IMG/VR virus record: IMGVR_UViG_3300032236_000862
Location: 1 to 64,000 of that record
DNA length: 64,000 nt
From: a virus
Reading direction: 5' to 3' (one strand)
In this document: positions 28,522 through 39,200 of the stretch, in pieces
How the letters are laid out: each line of letters starts with the position of its first letter
Numbering within the stretch: the first letter of the stretch is position 1
Program-made: the position numbers and the translations under genes
The notes under the pieces: generated by a model
Told to the model about the DNA's origin: nothing
What the model saw: only the letters and a program-made list of their open reading frames with translations
The model's database searches: none

Positions 28522-29298
28522 TTACCCGAAGATTCCCTTGTTACGATCATCGGCTGTTTTACCTAGCAGACGTGATCTATTTTTTGCGTAATCAGCTACC
28601 GACATTGAAGCAATCTGCTCCGGTGTAAACGATTGTGAGTCCGAATTGTTTTCGAGGGTTGGTGGCAAGGTTGTCCTTGTACCGGTCATATCACGACGCT
28701 GGGCCTGAATAGCCTGTTGCGCCGACTCCAAGAGCTTTGAGGTCTTATCCTTCAGCTTGGAAATACTCTTTTCGATTTCATCAACATTGTTGCCAGAAAT
28801 CATATCAATAAGTTCTGGGGCGATGTTGTCCTGCTCTTCGCTAATGCGGCGATTGAGATACTGTGTTAGTTCAGCATACTCACGTTCACGCTCTAGCAAA
28901 GCAAAAGCACGTTCACGCTCTAGGCGCTCAGATTCAATTTTAGCAGCCCATTCCTTTTCCTTCTGTTCAAGAAGGCTACGGACGTCCATCTCAGATTCGA
29001 GCTTCTTACGCTCTGCCTCTGCGGCGGCTTCTGCTGCTGAACGAGCCTCAGCTAGGCGTTCTTCACGATCCTTCTTAAGAAGATTTAGCTCTTCCTTAAG
29101 AGAATCAATCTGTGGATATAGTTTTGACTTTTCCTGCTCACGTACACGGTGCAAGTCTTGTTCCGTGTAGCCCTTAGCTTCAGAAAACTTACTCTCTGAA
29201 ACCGGTTCTTGCTGTGCAACTGGTGCTGTGCCGTTAACTTCTGAAGCAAAAGCTTCTTGAGCTACTGCACTTTCTACTGCTGTTGAGTTTTCTGACAT
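28522..29298 (-). CDS. Capsid scaffolding protein
   Basis: Coiled-coil, Glu/Arg/Lys-rich; C-terminal MS..DY...R; between portal and capsid. Confidence 0.8.
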   Translation of the reverse strand: MSENSTAVESAVAQEAFASEVNGTAPVAQQEPVSESKFSEAKGYTEQDLHRVREQEKSKLYPQIDSLKEELNLLKKDREERLAEARSAAEAAAEAERKKLESEMDVRSLLEQKEKEWAAKIESERLERERAFALLEREREYAELTQYLNRRISEEQDNIAPELIDMISGNNVDEIEKSISKLKDKTSKLLESAQQAIQAQRRDMTGTRTTLPPTLENNSDSQSFTPEQIASMSVADYAKNRSRLLGKTADDRNKGIFG

Positions 29299-29409
29299 GC
29301 TTATTCCTTTAGGTTAAGAGGTCGTTGTCCGATGTAGTGCCACGATGACCTGCGGGTTTGTTTAGGTGGTATATAGCCTCGCAAACTATTACTAGTTTGT
29401 CAGCCTAAA

Positions 29410-31128
29410 TTACTTAGATTCCTCTTCTGAACTAGGGCTATCCTTTTGTCCAGGAGTTTGTCTTCCAGGTAATCTAGTTCCATATGCTTTAGTGACAAGG
29501 TCACTTTGCATCTGAGCTAAGGTTTGTTCCTCAAATGGGGTGATGACTCCAGGTTGTCCTAGAGGACCAGGTCCCATACCGTCTGCAGGTGCAGCGCCAG
29601 GAGGAAGGCTTCCATCCGGCATCATACCAGTTAGTGAGGTAATTGCTGAAGCGATCTGCTGCTTTACAAGAGCTAGGGCGCCATCGGCCTTAGCATCATT
29701 AATAAGCTCTGCTCTGATCTCTTCGAGCTTCTCGTCAGGGAATTCTTCGCCAAGCTGGCGTAGGGCGCCTTCACGAGATTCAAGGTTCATAGCCATCTTG
29801 GTCTGGATTTCCTGAAGTGTAATCAGCTTATCTAGAGGAAGTGGAGGTGGGAAGTGGACTACAGACTCGTATGTTAGAGAGTCTGAGATATCCAATAGAG
29901 GTAGTTGGCCATTCTTAATAGGGCCGTTAACATCAGGGTTGTAAGCAAAGACTTCTGGCTCTTTAAATGCCAGGGTAAGAAGAACTAGCTCATTGATCCT
30001 ACGAAGACCCTCAGAGTATTGAACAATCTTCTGGTGGTAGCGGTTCATCAAAGGCTGGTACTGAATAGCTAGTGCAACACCAGAGGTGTTAGAAATAGGC
30101 TGAACTTGTCCGAGAGCTGACTCTGGTACGCCAACCATTTCATGCATAGCAGTCTTAACGATCTTAAGGTACTCAAGAGCGCCTTGTAGGCCTGCTCCGC
30201 CGCCTTCTAGGTTCTCTACACGAGCATCCTTTGGAAGACCGCCCCAAACCTTCTTAGGGCCCTTTTCAAGCGCTGAAGCCTTAGCTCCGATAATAACTGT
30301 TACTGGGGCTGCGTGGTAGTTCACGATATCAGCGATATCTGTGGCTACTTCGTTATAGTTACGGTTTAGAACAATAAGGTCATGGCAATCAGAGAGCCCC
30401 CAAGGAGAACCCGAGACACGGACATTGGGGATGTGAATAATAGGCACAACCCCGATAGGATTAGGGCGAGAGTCAATGAGTTCATCATTAATGTACTCCT
30501 CAATACGGTCGTCAGTCAGAATTTCAGTATATGTGTAGACCTGACGAGTTCCCTCAATAGATGTACCCCAGAAACGATACTTAAGCTTGAAGCGAATCAA
30601 ACGTGAGCGATCGTGTGGGTGGAACTCTGGGAAGCAGAAAGATGAGTTAAGTGGAAGGATGCGAACCTTACCTGGATGAGGACGGCCAATAGAATCTTCA
30701 AAGCCTTCTTCATAAGCTACTTTAACAAAGCAATCTCCTGATACGCCGCCTTGCTGGCCCATCTCCCAAAGTGTTCCGTGCTTATCATTATCAATTTCCC
30801 ACACACGCTTTAAGACGTCAGGAATGATCGCCTCTGTTGCTTGAGGGCTTCGGAATGAAACGCCACGGCTAAAACAAAAGTTAACTATGTAGTCTGTGAA
30901 CGCACGGTAATAGTTGTATACCATCTGCGACTCACCAATTTCACGGCGATATGACCAGTGATGTCCGAGATACATTGCCCAGTTAAGAGAGTAACGGTTT
31001 AGACGTGGACCGTGTACTTCAAACTCTTCATCAGCAAGTTCTACAAGACCAAGAGGAGAAATCGAAATGGTTAAGTCTGACGACGCCGCCCTATAGGACG
31101 GAGGTGAAAAGTCAACACCACCACTCAT
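29410..31128 (-). CDS. Portal protein
   Basis: 572 aa; VPIIHIPN...WG.SD, SGVAL..QYQPL; after the terminase. Confidence 0.9.
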   Translation of the reverse strand: MSGGVDFSPPSYRAASSDLTISISPLGLVELADEEFEVHGPRLNRYSLNWAMYLGHHWSYRREIGESQMVYNYYRAFTDYIVNFCFSRGVSFRSPQATEAIIPDVLKRVWEIDNDKHGTLWEMGQQGGVSGDCFVKVAYEEGFEDSIGRPHPGKVRILPLNSSFCFPEFHPHDRSRLIRFKLKYRFWGTSIEGTRQVYTYTEILTDDRIEEYINDELIDSRPNPIGVVPIIHIPNVRVSGSPWGLSDCHDLIVLNRNYNEVATDIADIVNYHAAPVTVIIGAKASALEKGPKKVWGGLPKDARVENLEGGGAGLQGALEYLKIVKTAMHEMVGVPESALGQVQPISNTSGVALAIQYQPLMNRYHQKIVQYSEGLRRINELVLLTLAFKEPEVFAYNPDVNGPIKNGQLPLLDISDSLTYESVVHFPPPLPLDKLITLQEIQTKMAMNLESREGALRQLGEEFPDEKLEEIRAELINDAKADGALALVKQQIASAITSLTGMMPDGSLPPGAAPADGMGPGPLGQPGVITPFEEQTLAQMQSDLVTKAYGTRLPGRQTPGQKDSPSSEEESK

Positions 31129-31236
31129 TGATTAAGTCCTAACATTAGTGTGCCCCACAATACCTTCTCGAAAGTTAAGTCCACCAGCCCCGGAGAAAGG
31201 GAACGGGGCTGGGGACCTGTATATTGTATCTTACTT

Positions 31237-31644
31237 TTAGTCGTTTACTGAAGCAGGGTTCATGCGCTCCTGGCGTGAGCCACTGCGGATGACCTCTTCG
31301 ATGACCACTGTTGAGTGATCTCCGAAGTTACCTTGTGCAAACTCACCAAGGAATGTTGGTGCTTCTACCCAAGCTGCTGAACCGACGTGAGCACGCTCAC
31401 GCATGGTCTCATCAGCATACTTCTCAAAAACGTTCTGGTTGTGGTTTGGACGGCCGTCTGGTGTTTCGTAGCCTTGATCCAAGCCAACCTGGAAATCATT
31501 TGGGACGTCAGTGTCTGATGCAAGACCTTCTTCAAAACGAAGTGGACCACGTAGGCCTGGTGTTGCTGGTGACATCTTGCGCTCGTATGAGTTGCCAGGG
31601 CGCTCAGGGTACTGAGGTGCTGGTGCGATATTTGGTGTTGCCAT
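31237..31644 (-). CDS. Hypothetical protein between terminase and portal
   Basis: ORF track; AGGAG RBS. Confidence 0.65.
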   Translation of the reverse strand: MATPNIAPAPQYPERPGNSYERKMSPATPGLRGPLRFEEGLASDTDVPNDFQVGLDQGYETPDGRPNHNQNVFEKYADETMRERAHVGSAAWVEAPTFLGEFAQGNFGDHSTVVIEEVIRSGSRQERMNPASVND

Positions 31645-31724
31645 TGTTATATCTCCTATAGGATAAGGGATTGAGGTTCCTCAGGGTTAATTCTGTCTGG
31701 TAGAGGGGGTTTTGTCATGGTAAA

Positions 31725-33296
31725 TTAAAAGAAAGGACTGGAGCTTACTTCCACTGTAGGCATAACCATGTCCTGTGTTAAAGAGCATGCAAGGGCCAAA
31801 GAGTCCACAAAATCGTCGTGAGCATGCACTTCATCAGGTGCGGCCACTAAGAAGTTAGGTCCCTTGTACTGAACCTCGGCATCTGTCATTTGCTGGTAGA
31901 ACTTCTTCCAAATGCGAAGTCGTCTGGTTTTTGCATGTGAAGGCCACGAAACCATCTGACGCTGGATTAGCGCCTGTAGGTGCTTCCATCGCTTAGATTG
32001 CTCTGTAGGGCTGGAGGTAACCGGTACTACTTCAGCACGGGGCATTAAAATCTTTAGGCGTCCGGCCACTGCATCACCTACACCGTTGGCATCTACTCCG
32101 ATAGCAAGCACGTCATAGTTTCCTAAGAACTGCTGAATCTGGAAGTACTGTTCTTCCCAGTCATCTCCCTGTAGTTCCAACCAGTTAAGCACCCTATGAT
32201 CATAGTAACCGTACTCATCAGGACGATCCCAGTCTACCCAGACCACTGTGACCACTGTGCTGTCCATTTTACGAGCTGGGTCAATTCCAACCACAACAGG
32301 TGAACGGTGCCAAGATTTTACAATTTCTTGTGAGGTATCTCCAAGATCATCCATGATGCTAGATGTGACGAACATACCACGCTCAAGGAGCCACTTACAG
32401 TTGTAAGCCATCTGAAATTCATCAGAGTCTTCACCGATACGTAGCATCTCTTTTCTAATGTACTTATCATAGTTAGGTTGGATCTTAGCTACATCTTTCC
32501 AGTCCCACTGAAAATGGTTCTGCTTAGCATTACGGCCTTGAGTCTGACGGCGCTTGTTAAGCTGGATAGATCGGTAGAAGCCGTTCTTAGATGTTGTAGG
32601 AGTACCTGTCTTAACCATAGTTGCGTTGTAGTAAGCACCCATAGGCGCAATTGACTTAGATACTACAAAGTCATCTGCTTCTTGACACTCATCTACGATA
32701 ATAAGGTGGAATGACTTAGATTCGATCTTAGCTCTTGGGTTAGCAGTCATCATCATCAATGTACTGCCTGACTTCTTTAATTTTAGGTTTCTTACTACGC
32801 CCGGTGTCTTGGTAGGCATATCATCAATTTCCGGATCACCGAAGACTTCCATAGCTCTTTCAGAGGTAAGTCGGGACACTGTACGAGAATAAAGTGTTTC
32901 AACCTGGTTTTGAGTAGGGGCAAACATACCTACCCAGATACCATCGCCAAACTTTCCAAGCAGCTCGGGGTACATTCTGGCTAAACGAGGGAGGATAACC
33001 ATAAGTGTGGCCACTGTGTTGGCGATGGTTTCTGACTTTCCTGACTGACGTGAAGCCAGTGCAGTGATCTCTTCACCATCGTTGATGAGAACTGATTCAA
33101 TAACTCTGCGTGCCAGAGGCTCTTGATAAGGGTGTAGGTTATGTCCTACAAGCATTTCCATAAACTGCATGATCTTTTCGATGAGAACTTTAACAAATTC
33201 TTTAGACAGCTCATCAAGCGTGTCCACTTCCTCATCTTCTGGCAGAGGACTGTAATATTCGTCCTCCGGCAGATCTACCTCATCAAATTCACTCAC
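31725..33296 (-). CDS. terL: Terminase large subunit
   Basis: Walker A SRQSGKS, Walker B LIIVDE, GIDPAR, HDDFVDS. Confidence 0.95.
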   Translation of the reverse strand: MSEFDEVDLPEDEYYSPLPEDEEVDTLDELSKEFVKVLIEKIMQFMEMLVGHNLHPYQEPLARRVIESVLINDGEEITALASRQSGKSETIANTVATLMVILPRLARMYPELLGKFGDGIWVGMFAPTQNQVETLYSRTVSRLTSERAMEVFGDPEIDDMPTKTPGVVRNLKLKKSGSTLMMMTANPRAKIESKSFHLIIVDECQEADDFVVSKSIAPMGAYYNATMVKTGTPTTSKNGFYRSIQLNKRRQTQGRNAKQNHFQWDWKDVAKIQPNYDKYIRKEMLRIGEDSDEFQMAYNCKWLLERGMFVTSSIMDDLGDTSQEIVKSWHRSPVVVGIDPARKMDSTVVTVVWVDWDRPDEYGYYDHRVLNWLELQGDDWEEQYFQIQQFLGNYDVLAIGVDANGVGDAVAGRLKILMPRAEVVPVTSSPTEQSKRWKHLQALIQRQMVSWPSHAKTRRLRIWKKFYQQMTDAEVQYKGPNFLVAAPDEVHAHDDFVDSLALACSLTQDMVMPTVEVSSSPFF

Positions 33297-33523
33297 TTAG
33301 GGAATCTCTCTGACAAAACATCTAAAATAGCGTGGATAGACTCTGCGGCTACTTTAGCCTCTTCTAAGTTGAACTGATCTTCTGTTTTCTGCCAAGTAGA
33401 TAGATTACGACCAATAGAGTAGATAACTTGGTCAGACCAAGCCAGCAACTCAGGCGTAGAGAGCTTTGCTACTCTTTTTTCTATGCGAGTCTTAGGACGC
33501 TCTTCTTTTTTCTTAAACATCAT
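33293..33523 (-). CDS. Hypothetical helical protein
   Basis: ORF track; likely start MMFKKK; overlaps the terL start. Confidence 0.55.
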   Translation of the reverse strand: MMFKKKEERPKTRIEKRVAKLSTPELLAWSDQVIYSIGRNLSTWQKTEDQFNLEEAKVAAESIHAILDVLSERFPK

Positions 33524-33803
33524 ATTCTTCCCCTCGTACTGTATCCCAATCAAATTCGCCTTGGGCCACTGGTCTCCCAGCAATTGCGTTTGTTAACGCC
33601 TGGCTTTCCTCATATTGTGCAACCCATTTACCTATGACAATAGAAAGGCGGGTAAGTGGAAGTCTAAAGACTAGGCCACTGCCAAACCTAAAAGGGTGTT
33701 CGATTTCTTGAGTAGTTGACTTCTCTACTACAACTTTAGGTTTTAACGGATATACCATAAAGTGCCAGAAGTATTTACTTCCAACATCATGCGTCTTGGC
33801 CAC
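33513..33803 (-). CDS. Hypothetical protein
   Basis: ORF track, tightly packed. Confidence 0.55.
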   Translation of the reverse strand: MAKTHDVGSKYFWHFMVYPLKPKVVVEKSTTQEIEHPFRFGSGLVFRLPLTRLSIVIGKWVAQYEESQALTNAIAGRPVAQGEFDWDTVRGEEYDV

Positions 33804-34062
33804 TGCCTTCTCCCTCTTGACATTCGTGGTCTGGAATTTCGTGCTCTAATACTAACATAGAACAGTCCCGACACTTGAACACCTTAGGAGGGCGGAAATT
33901 GTTTTGTGCGGTTGCACCCTCTAAAATTTCATCTCCAGGCCTGGCGTAGTTATTAATTACCTCAGGCCTAAAAAAGATTTCAGGAGGAAATGGTCCCCTA
34001 GCACCATGTGAAGATTTAGGTACAGGATGACCTTGTTTTGTTTCTACCCTCTCAATGGACAT
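33787..34062 (-). CDS. Hypothetical Zn-finger protein
   Basis: C..C...H.C at the C-terminus. Confidence 0.55.
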   Translation of the reverse strand: MSIERVETKQGHPVPKSSHGARGPFPPEIFFRPEVINNYARPGDEILEGATAQNNFRPPKVFKCRDCSMLVLEHEIPDHECQEGEGSGQDA

Positions 34063-34349
34063 TATTCAGCCGCTGGTGTTTCAGCCACTGCTTCAGCCAC
34101 TGCCTCATCGGCCACTGCCTCAGCTACTGGAGCTTCGGATGTTGTTGCCTTTTTAGGTGCAGCTTTCTTTGCTGAGGCCACTGCCTCTTCGGCCACTGTC
34201 TCGATCTCAGTTGTCAAACGTACAACGAAGTCAGGAAGAATTTCATTAAGATCATATGGTAGGTGCATGTTGCAGAACACTTGGTGAACAGCACCTGGGT
34301 ACTCAACTCGGAAGCCTGCTTCTGCTGTGCAATTTAGGCATTGTGCCAT
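34062..34349 (-). CDS. Hypothetical protein with a Zn knuckle and Ala/Glu tail
   Basis: C..C...C..H; EAVA repeats; AAAGGA RBS. Confidence 0.6.
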   Translation of the reverse strand: MAQCLNCTAEAGFRVEYPGAVHQVFCNMHLPYDLNEILPDFVVRLTTEIETVAEEAVASAKKAAPKKATTSEAPVAEAVADEAVAEAVAETPAAE

Positions 34350-34409
34350 TTTATGGTCCTTTCGGGTATTTTTAAAGAATATCGGTATATCTTACACCAG
34401 GTTAGGCGT

Positions 34410-34438
34410 TTGCACACCCCTGTATTTACGGCTATACT
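34410..34438 (+). promoter_or_regulatory. Sigma-A-type promoter
   Basis: TTGCAC-17 nt-TATACT upstream of the transglycosylase gene. Confidence 0.7.
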
Positions 34439-34576
34439 ATTACCAGGAGCTAAACCTCCAACACTAAAAACGAAACAAAAGAGTTACAACTAGCTTGGCA
34501 GACCGATGCCGGGCTATCTTTACCTAAGTGACAGTTACGTAAAGATTCGGGTTGGCTCTCTAGCCTAGGAGATAGT

Positions 34577-35098
34577 GTGAATTTATATGACAAAAGGAAT
34601 TATCTAATCCTTGGGCTTGTAGCCCTCCTATCATTTGGGAACCTAATAGCTGCTCCAGCAAAGGCAGCAGCCCCCATTATAGAAAAATGCCTAACCCCAC
34701 TAGGCGAGTACAGACTAGCCAAAAAATTAAACCCAAAGCAGCTTTACCAGGTATTGCAGCTTGCGGGGTTTAAAGGTCATTCACTTAAGGTGGCCTGGGC
34801 TGTAGCCATGAAAGAAACTCATGGAAACCCTATGGCACACAATTACAACCCTCGCACAGGAGATAACTCCTATGGGGTCTTCCAGATTAACCTTTACGGG
34901 GCTTTAAAGGGCCGTGTGAAGGAGTTTGGGCTTAGGTCAGCCAATGACTTACATGATCCGGTTACAAACGCTCAGATCGCCTACAGGATGAGTTCTGGGG
35001 GTAAGAACTGGACCCCTTGGCATGCAGACCCGGGTGAGCGAGATCACTGGCTAGTTCAGCAGTGGATCAAGCTCTGCCCTCAATATCTAAAGGCTTAG
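34577..35098 (+). CDS. Secreted lytic transglycosylase / lysozyme-like (SLT) protein
   Basis: Signal peptide; AWAVAMKE..GNP.A.N, GD.SYGVFQIN, DP.TNA..A, W.PW. Confidence 0.85.
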   Translation: MNLYDKRNYLILGLVALLSFGNLIAAPAKAAAPIIEKCLTPLGEYRLAKKLNPKQLYQVLQLAGFKGHSLKVAWAVAMKETHGNPMAHNYNPRTGDNSYGVFQINLYGALKGRVKEFGLRSANDLHDPVTNAQIAYRMSSGGKNWTPWHADPGERDHWLVQQWIKLCPQYLKA

Positions 35099-35391
35099 GC
35101 CTTCTTACCAGCTCTGCGCTTGTTCTCCTTGGCAGTATTCTTGCCATGCTTGAGCGGGCGCAGATTGCTGGAGGAATCATTATCGTGGTTATTGTCTTTA
35201 TGGTCTACATCTGTACCACGAGGTAGCTTGCCGTGCTTCTTTTCATACTTTGCACGGGCAGCATTCTTAGAGGTAGTGTGCCACTTGCCGTTCTTATCTT
35301 TGTAGTGTTCAACGATAATCTTACGGCCACCGTTAGCAGCAGAGCCTTTATACTCTTTGCCGCCAGCTACCTCTTTTTTCTTAGCGGTCAC
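35095..35391 (-). CDS. Basic protein with an HNH-like motif
   Basis: DVDHKDNN..N..NL.......N. Confidence 0.65.
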   Translation of the reverse strand: MTAKKKEVAGGKEYKGSAANGGRKIIVEHYKDKNGKWHTTSKNAARAKYEKKHGKLPRGTDVDHKDNNHDNDSSSNLRPLKHGKNTAKENKRRAGKKA

Positions 35392-35556
35392 TTATTTCTT
35401 CTTCCCTTTAGATACAGCCATATTGTCAATTAGGTTTGGATAAGGACGCCCGGCAGCTTTAGCACGTGCTTTAGCGGCAGATTTCTTTTTAGCAGATAAC
35501 TTACTGTGTTTACCGCCATCAGGATCTTTTTTATCCCATACTTCTTTTTTAGCCAT
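35392..35556 (-). CDS. Basic small protein
   Basis: MAKKEVWDK...AKARAKAAGRPYPNLIDNM. Confidence 0.65.
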   Translation of the reverse strand: MAKKEVWDKKDPDGGKHSKLSAKKKSAAKARAKAAGRPYPNLIDNMAVSKGKKK

Positions 35557-35831
35557 TAGCAACCGCAATTCCACGCACGAAGCGATTTATTGATGCGGCT
35601 GTTTGGATCATTTGCAGTTTTAGAGGATGTGTTGTGCTTCTTCATGCCCTGCATGCGAGCACAGAAAGACTTATGGCGCTTGTTCTTAGTATCCTTGCTA
35701 GGAGCCTTAAGATCATGGCCTTCTTTCTTAGCAGAGGCACGTCCCTTAGCGTTTAGACCGCCGTTAGGGTTCTGACCCTCTTTGCGAGTCCACGCAGCAG
35801 ACTTGTGATGTGTCTTTTTCTTAGTCGTCAT
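35556..35831 (-). CDS. Basic phage protein (DUF6321-like)
   Basis: GGLNAKGRAS, SFCARM, RINKSLRAW.C. Confidence 0.7.
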   Translation of the reverse strand: MTTKKKTHHKSAAWTRKEGQNPNGGLNAKGRASAKKEGHDLKAPSKDTKNKRHKSFCARMQGMKKHNTSSKTANDPNSRINKSLRAWNCGC

Positions 35832-36099
35832 TCATATGCTCCTGATGATCTTTGTGTGTTTTAAATCTACCACATTCATTGCAAGTAAGCCTCTCATGCT
35901 CTTCTAAAGATCCCATGGACTCTAGTGCATTTTCGTGGGCTACGGCCTGAGTATGACTGTTAATAGCTGCACCATAACGCTGAGCCGCCTCAACTACCTC
36001 TGGATCGTTCCAGGGCCTAGCTGAAGGAGATTTACGGTTAGCAACAACCTGACGGTTGGAGTAGGTGCCATAAAAGATCTGTTTTCTTTTACCGGCCAC
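35821..36099 (-). CDS. Hypothetical protein
   Basis: ORF track. Confidence 0.55.
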   Translation of the reverse strand: MAGKRKQIFYGTYSNRQVVANRKSPSARPWNDPEVVEAAQRYGAAINSHTQAVAHENALESMGSLEEHERLTCNECGRFKTHKDHQEHMNDD

Positions 36100-36278
36100 T
36101 AGTTACTCGATTCGCCGCTTGCTCCACGCCCAGGACGTGCAACAAAAGTCTCCTTGTTAGGATCTTTTTGATAGCGAAGGCCTAGCGACCAGGTCCTAAA
36201 GGACCCAGCGCCATTCCTTAAATTTGGTGCCTGGCGCTGAGCTTTTGGTTGGTCCCTAAAATGATTTAGGCGTCCCAT
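36099..36278 (-). CDS. Basic small protein, 59 aa
   Basis: Hand-translated MGRLNHFRDQPK...; fills the gap. Confidence 0.5.
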   Translation of the reverse strand: MGRLNHFRDQPKAQRQAPNLRNGAGSFRTWSLGLRYQKDPNKETFVARPGRGASGESSN

Positions 36279-36283
36279 AAGGA

Positions 36284-39200
36284 TTAGTCCTCGTCTTTAA
36301 ACTGAGACTTATCACTAGGTAAAGATCCAGAACTTACCTTAAGTTCTAGAGCCTCAGACTTTGAGATATGTCCAGCAGCTCTTGCAGCATCAATATCAGT
36401 GTTTGCCGCAGGTCTTCCAGAAAATCCAGCATTTCCTAGGTTCTTACGAGCCTTTGTAGCACCTGCGGAAGTGCTCACATCAATGAACCTACCTTCAGAC
36501 CTGTCAGCCTTAGGAAGAACTTCTTGTCCTTCTTCATTTAGGTTCTTGATACCAGAGTCAACCTTTGGAACAATCTTTCCGTTAACCATGATAGCTGCAG
36601 ATTCAGCTGTAGGGGCACGTTCTGGACCCTCAGCTTCTCCAGCTCTAACAGCAAGGTTATGGGACATAATCTTGGCGTCAAGTGATTCAGGATCAAATGC
36701 ACTTGCAGCATCTCTTGAGTTAGCTCTAGAGTTTGCACTAGATGTCTTACTACATGCTGGGCAAGTAGGGCTGTTGATGCCGTTAGCAACGTGATTCTGG
36801 TGATCTGGTGATGGAGAGGTAAAGCTTTGTAGAGGCCCATCTTGTCCGGCTCTGTAAGTAATCTTAGAGCCTCGCTTGAGGGAACCAATCATCCTTCCAA
36901 ATGAGCGGCCCTTCTTGATAGCATCCTTGTATACATCTCCCATATGGGTGGCACCTGTTACGTCGTGCTTTTCAAATACACGGTGTCCTGCTTCATCAGT
37001 ATATGGGTGCCAGCCTTGATGCCAGTACTCTACTGATCCGCCTGCTGAACCCTTACCTACAACTCCATAACCTGTAGGACGAATTCCCTTAGGATCATTA
37101 GCATCTCCGTGGAATCCTTGGAACCTAGACTCAGAACCAGTTAATTCTTCTCCAGGATGTTCTGGGTGTGAGGTGTTAGCAAGGCTAACCTTTTCCCCAG
37201 ACTTTGTCCTAAAGTAATCTGTTGTAGGATTCAAAGTACCATTAGCAGCACTATAGGTAGTTTGTTTTCCACTCTTGAAGCGCTCTTGCTCATTAATGGT
37301 TTGATAAGCCTCATGTAGATTTGCGGCAAAGTTGGCTTCGTTTGTTCCTGTAAACTTTTTAAGGTGCTCATAATCAGAAGTACCCTCTTTATCCTCTGCA
37401 ATACCTGCATGGTGCATGACATATGCAGCCTTAGCATGAATGCCTGTTTCAAACATAGGATCGTTAACATCCACGTTTGGATCTAACTTCTTAGCAAGGC
37501 GCTTACCACGCTCGATGATTTCAGGGCTATTGCGGCTAACAAATGTACCAGTTGATACACCGGTATTGATTTGTCCTTGGAACTTACCTTTACGGATAAG
37601 CTCCTGCTCCTTGGATTCCCCTGGAGTAGCAGCACCTGGAAGCTTATTTTGGTCTAATTGGTGAACACCAGCAACATTTACTCTGCTTGCTCTACGAGCC
37701 TCATCTTCATTCTCGATGTCTTCGATAGACCTGTCCCTATCACCTTCAGTGGCTGTAGAGATATTAACAATGTTGCGGGCTGATCCTGCACGCTCTTCTT
37801 TAGGTTCGGCAGGAACAGAAAGAGGTGAAGCAACAGTCTTAGTATCCTTGTATGCCTTGGCACCTTCTTCGTTAAAGTACCCGCCTTCTGGCTCTTTATG
37901 CATCTCTTCTACGGCAGCACGCTCATTCATGTGCCTTATGCTAAGGCCACGAAGGTGCTGGGAAGAGGCATCCATAGGAACTGAGGCACGCTCTGCTTCA
38001 TGCTTTTCATTAAGGGATGCGAGAGCTTTGTTACGAGCCTTAAACATCTTCTCATGTGTTGGAGACTTAAATGTAGGGGTATATTCACTAATAGTAGTTG
38101 TAGCCAGTGGATTTGCACCAGGCTTAACAGGCTGACCCTTTTCATCAAAGTGGTCACTATTGATGTCGTATTCAGGCTTTACATTGCCTTCTTCATCCCA
38201 AAGATCTTGTTCACTCCAGTCTTTGGCTGGCTTAATAGCATTTGCATTGGCATCAAATTCACCCTTTTTATTGGAACCTGCAATTTGAGCAGAACGCCAA
38301 GCATCTTTTGCACCGTACGCAGTAAGTGCCTTATCAAGACGATCCTGACGCTCAGCACGTGTGAGCATGCGAGGAGTACCGTCTGGATTCTTTTCTTCTT
38401 CATGGTGTGTGGCGTAGGCCCAAGACATAGGTGGGGCATACGGTGCAGAGTTTTTAGCGGCAGAGTTGGTGAATCCAGCACCGGCCCAATTAGCACCCTT
38501 TTTATCTTTACCCTCATCATTTGAGTTTTCTTTATTGTCTTCTTCTCCACCCTCATGATCTTCAAGCCCAACAGTTTCAGGATTAACGGATGTGTCTACC
38601 TCTTCACCAGGACTTGCATCAGCTGAAGACTCTTTAGCTACTACATCTTTACCTGAACCAGAACGAATTTCATCATCTTCATTGCTTGAAGGTGCGCCGG
38701 ATTCTACTGCCTCGTTGTATCCACCACTGACCTTATCAAGTGTTGCACGCTCGCCTCTAACAGCGCCTGTGCTCTCACCTGGACGTTCAGGACGATCGCC
38801 AACAGGTGTACCCTTGTTTGCATTTCTACTTTCAGGTATAACTGACTCAATAGTTTCAACAGGTGCGTTTATTTCAGAAAACTTCTTATGTGGGTCAGTC
38901 TTCTTCTCCTTCTCAGGACTTGGCTTCCACTTCTGACTTGTAGCAGAGAGTACGTCTTTTCTTAGGTCAAGAAACTCTGATGTAGTTCCTGCTTCTGGGT
39001 GTTCATAGCTCATTCCGCCTTCAGAACGAAGGGTGCTACCCTCTGCCCGCATCTTCTGATTAAATTCACGTTCTCCGGCCAGAAGATCTTCACGATTTTC
39101 GTCGTATGCTCTATCCCTATATGCAGCTTCAGGGTCAACACCCATAGCAAATCCAGTTAGACGTGCTGAGTTTCCTGGTGCTCGAGTCTGTGCAATTCCA

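Noticed and set aside
29319-29351. Hairpin in the scaffold gene leader as an autoregulatory operator
   Set aside because: Pairs fully only on the antisense strand; the mRNA strand has two A-C mismatches
31725-33296. Intein or intron in the terminase (RNR at 58239-60269 also checked)
   Set aside because: Both are of normal length and uninterrupted, with no splicing motifs
34445-34576. c-di-AMP (ydaO) riboswitch
   Set aside because: The conserved ydaO sequence blocks are not recognisable by eye
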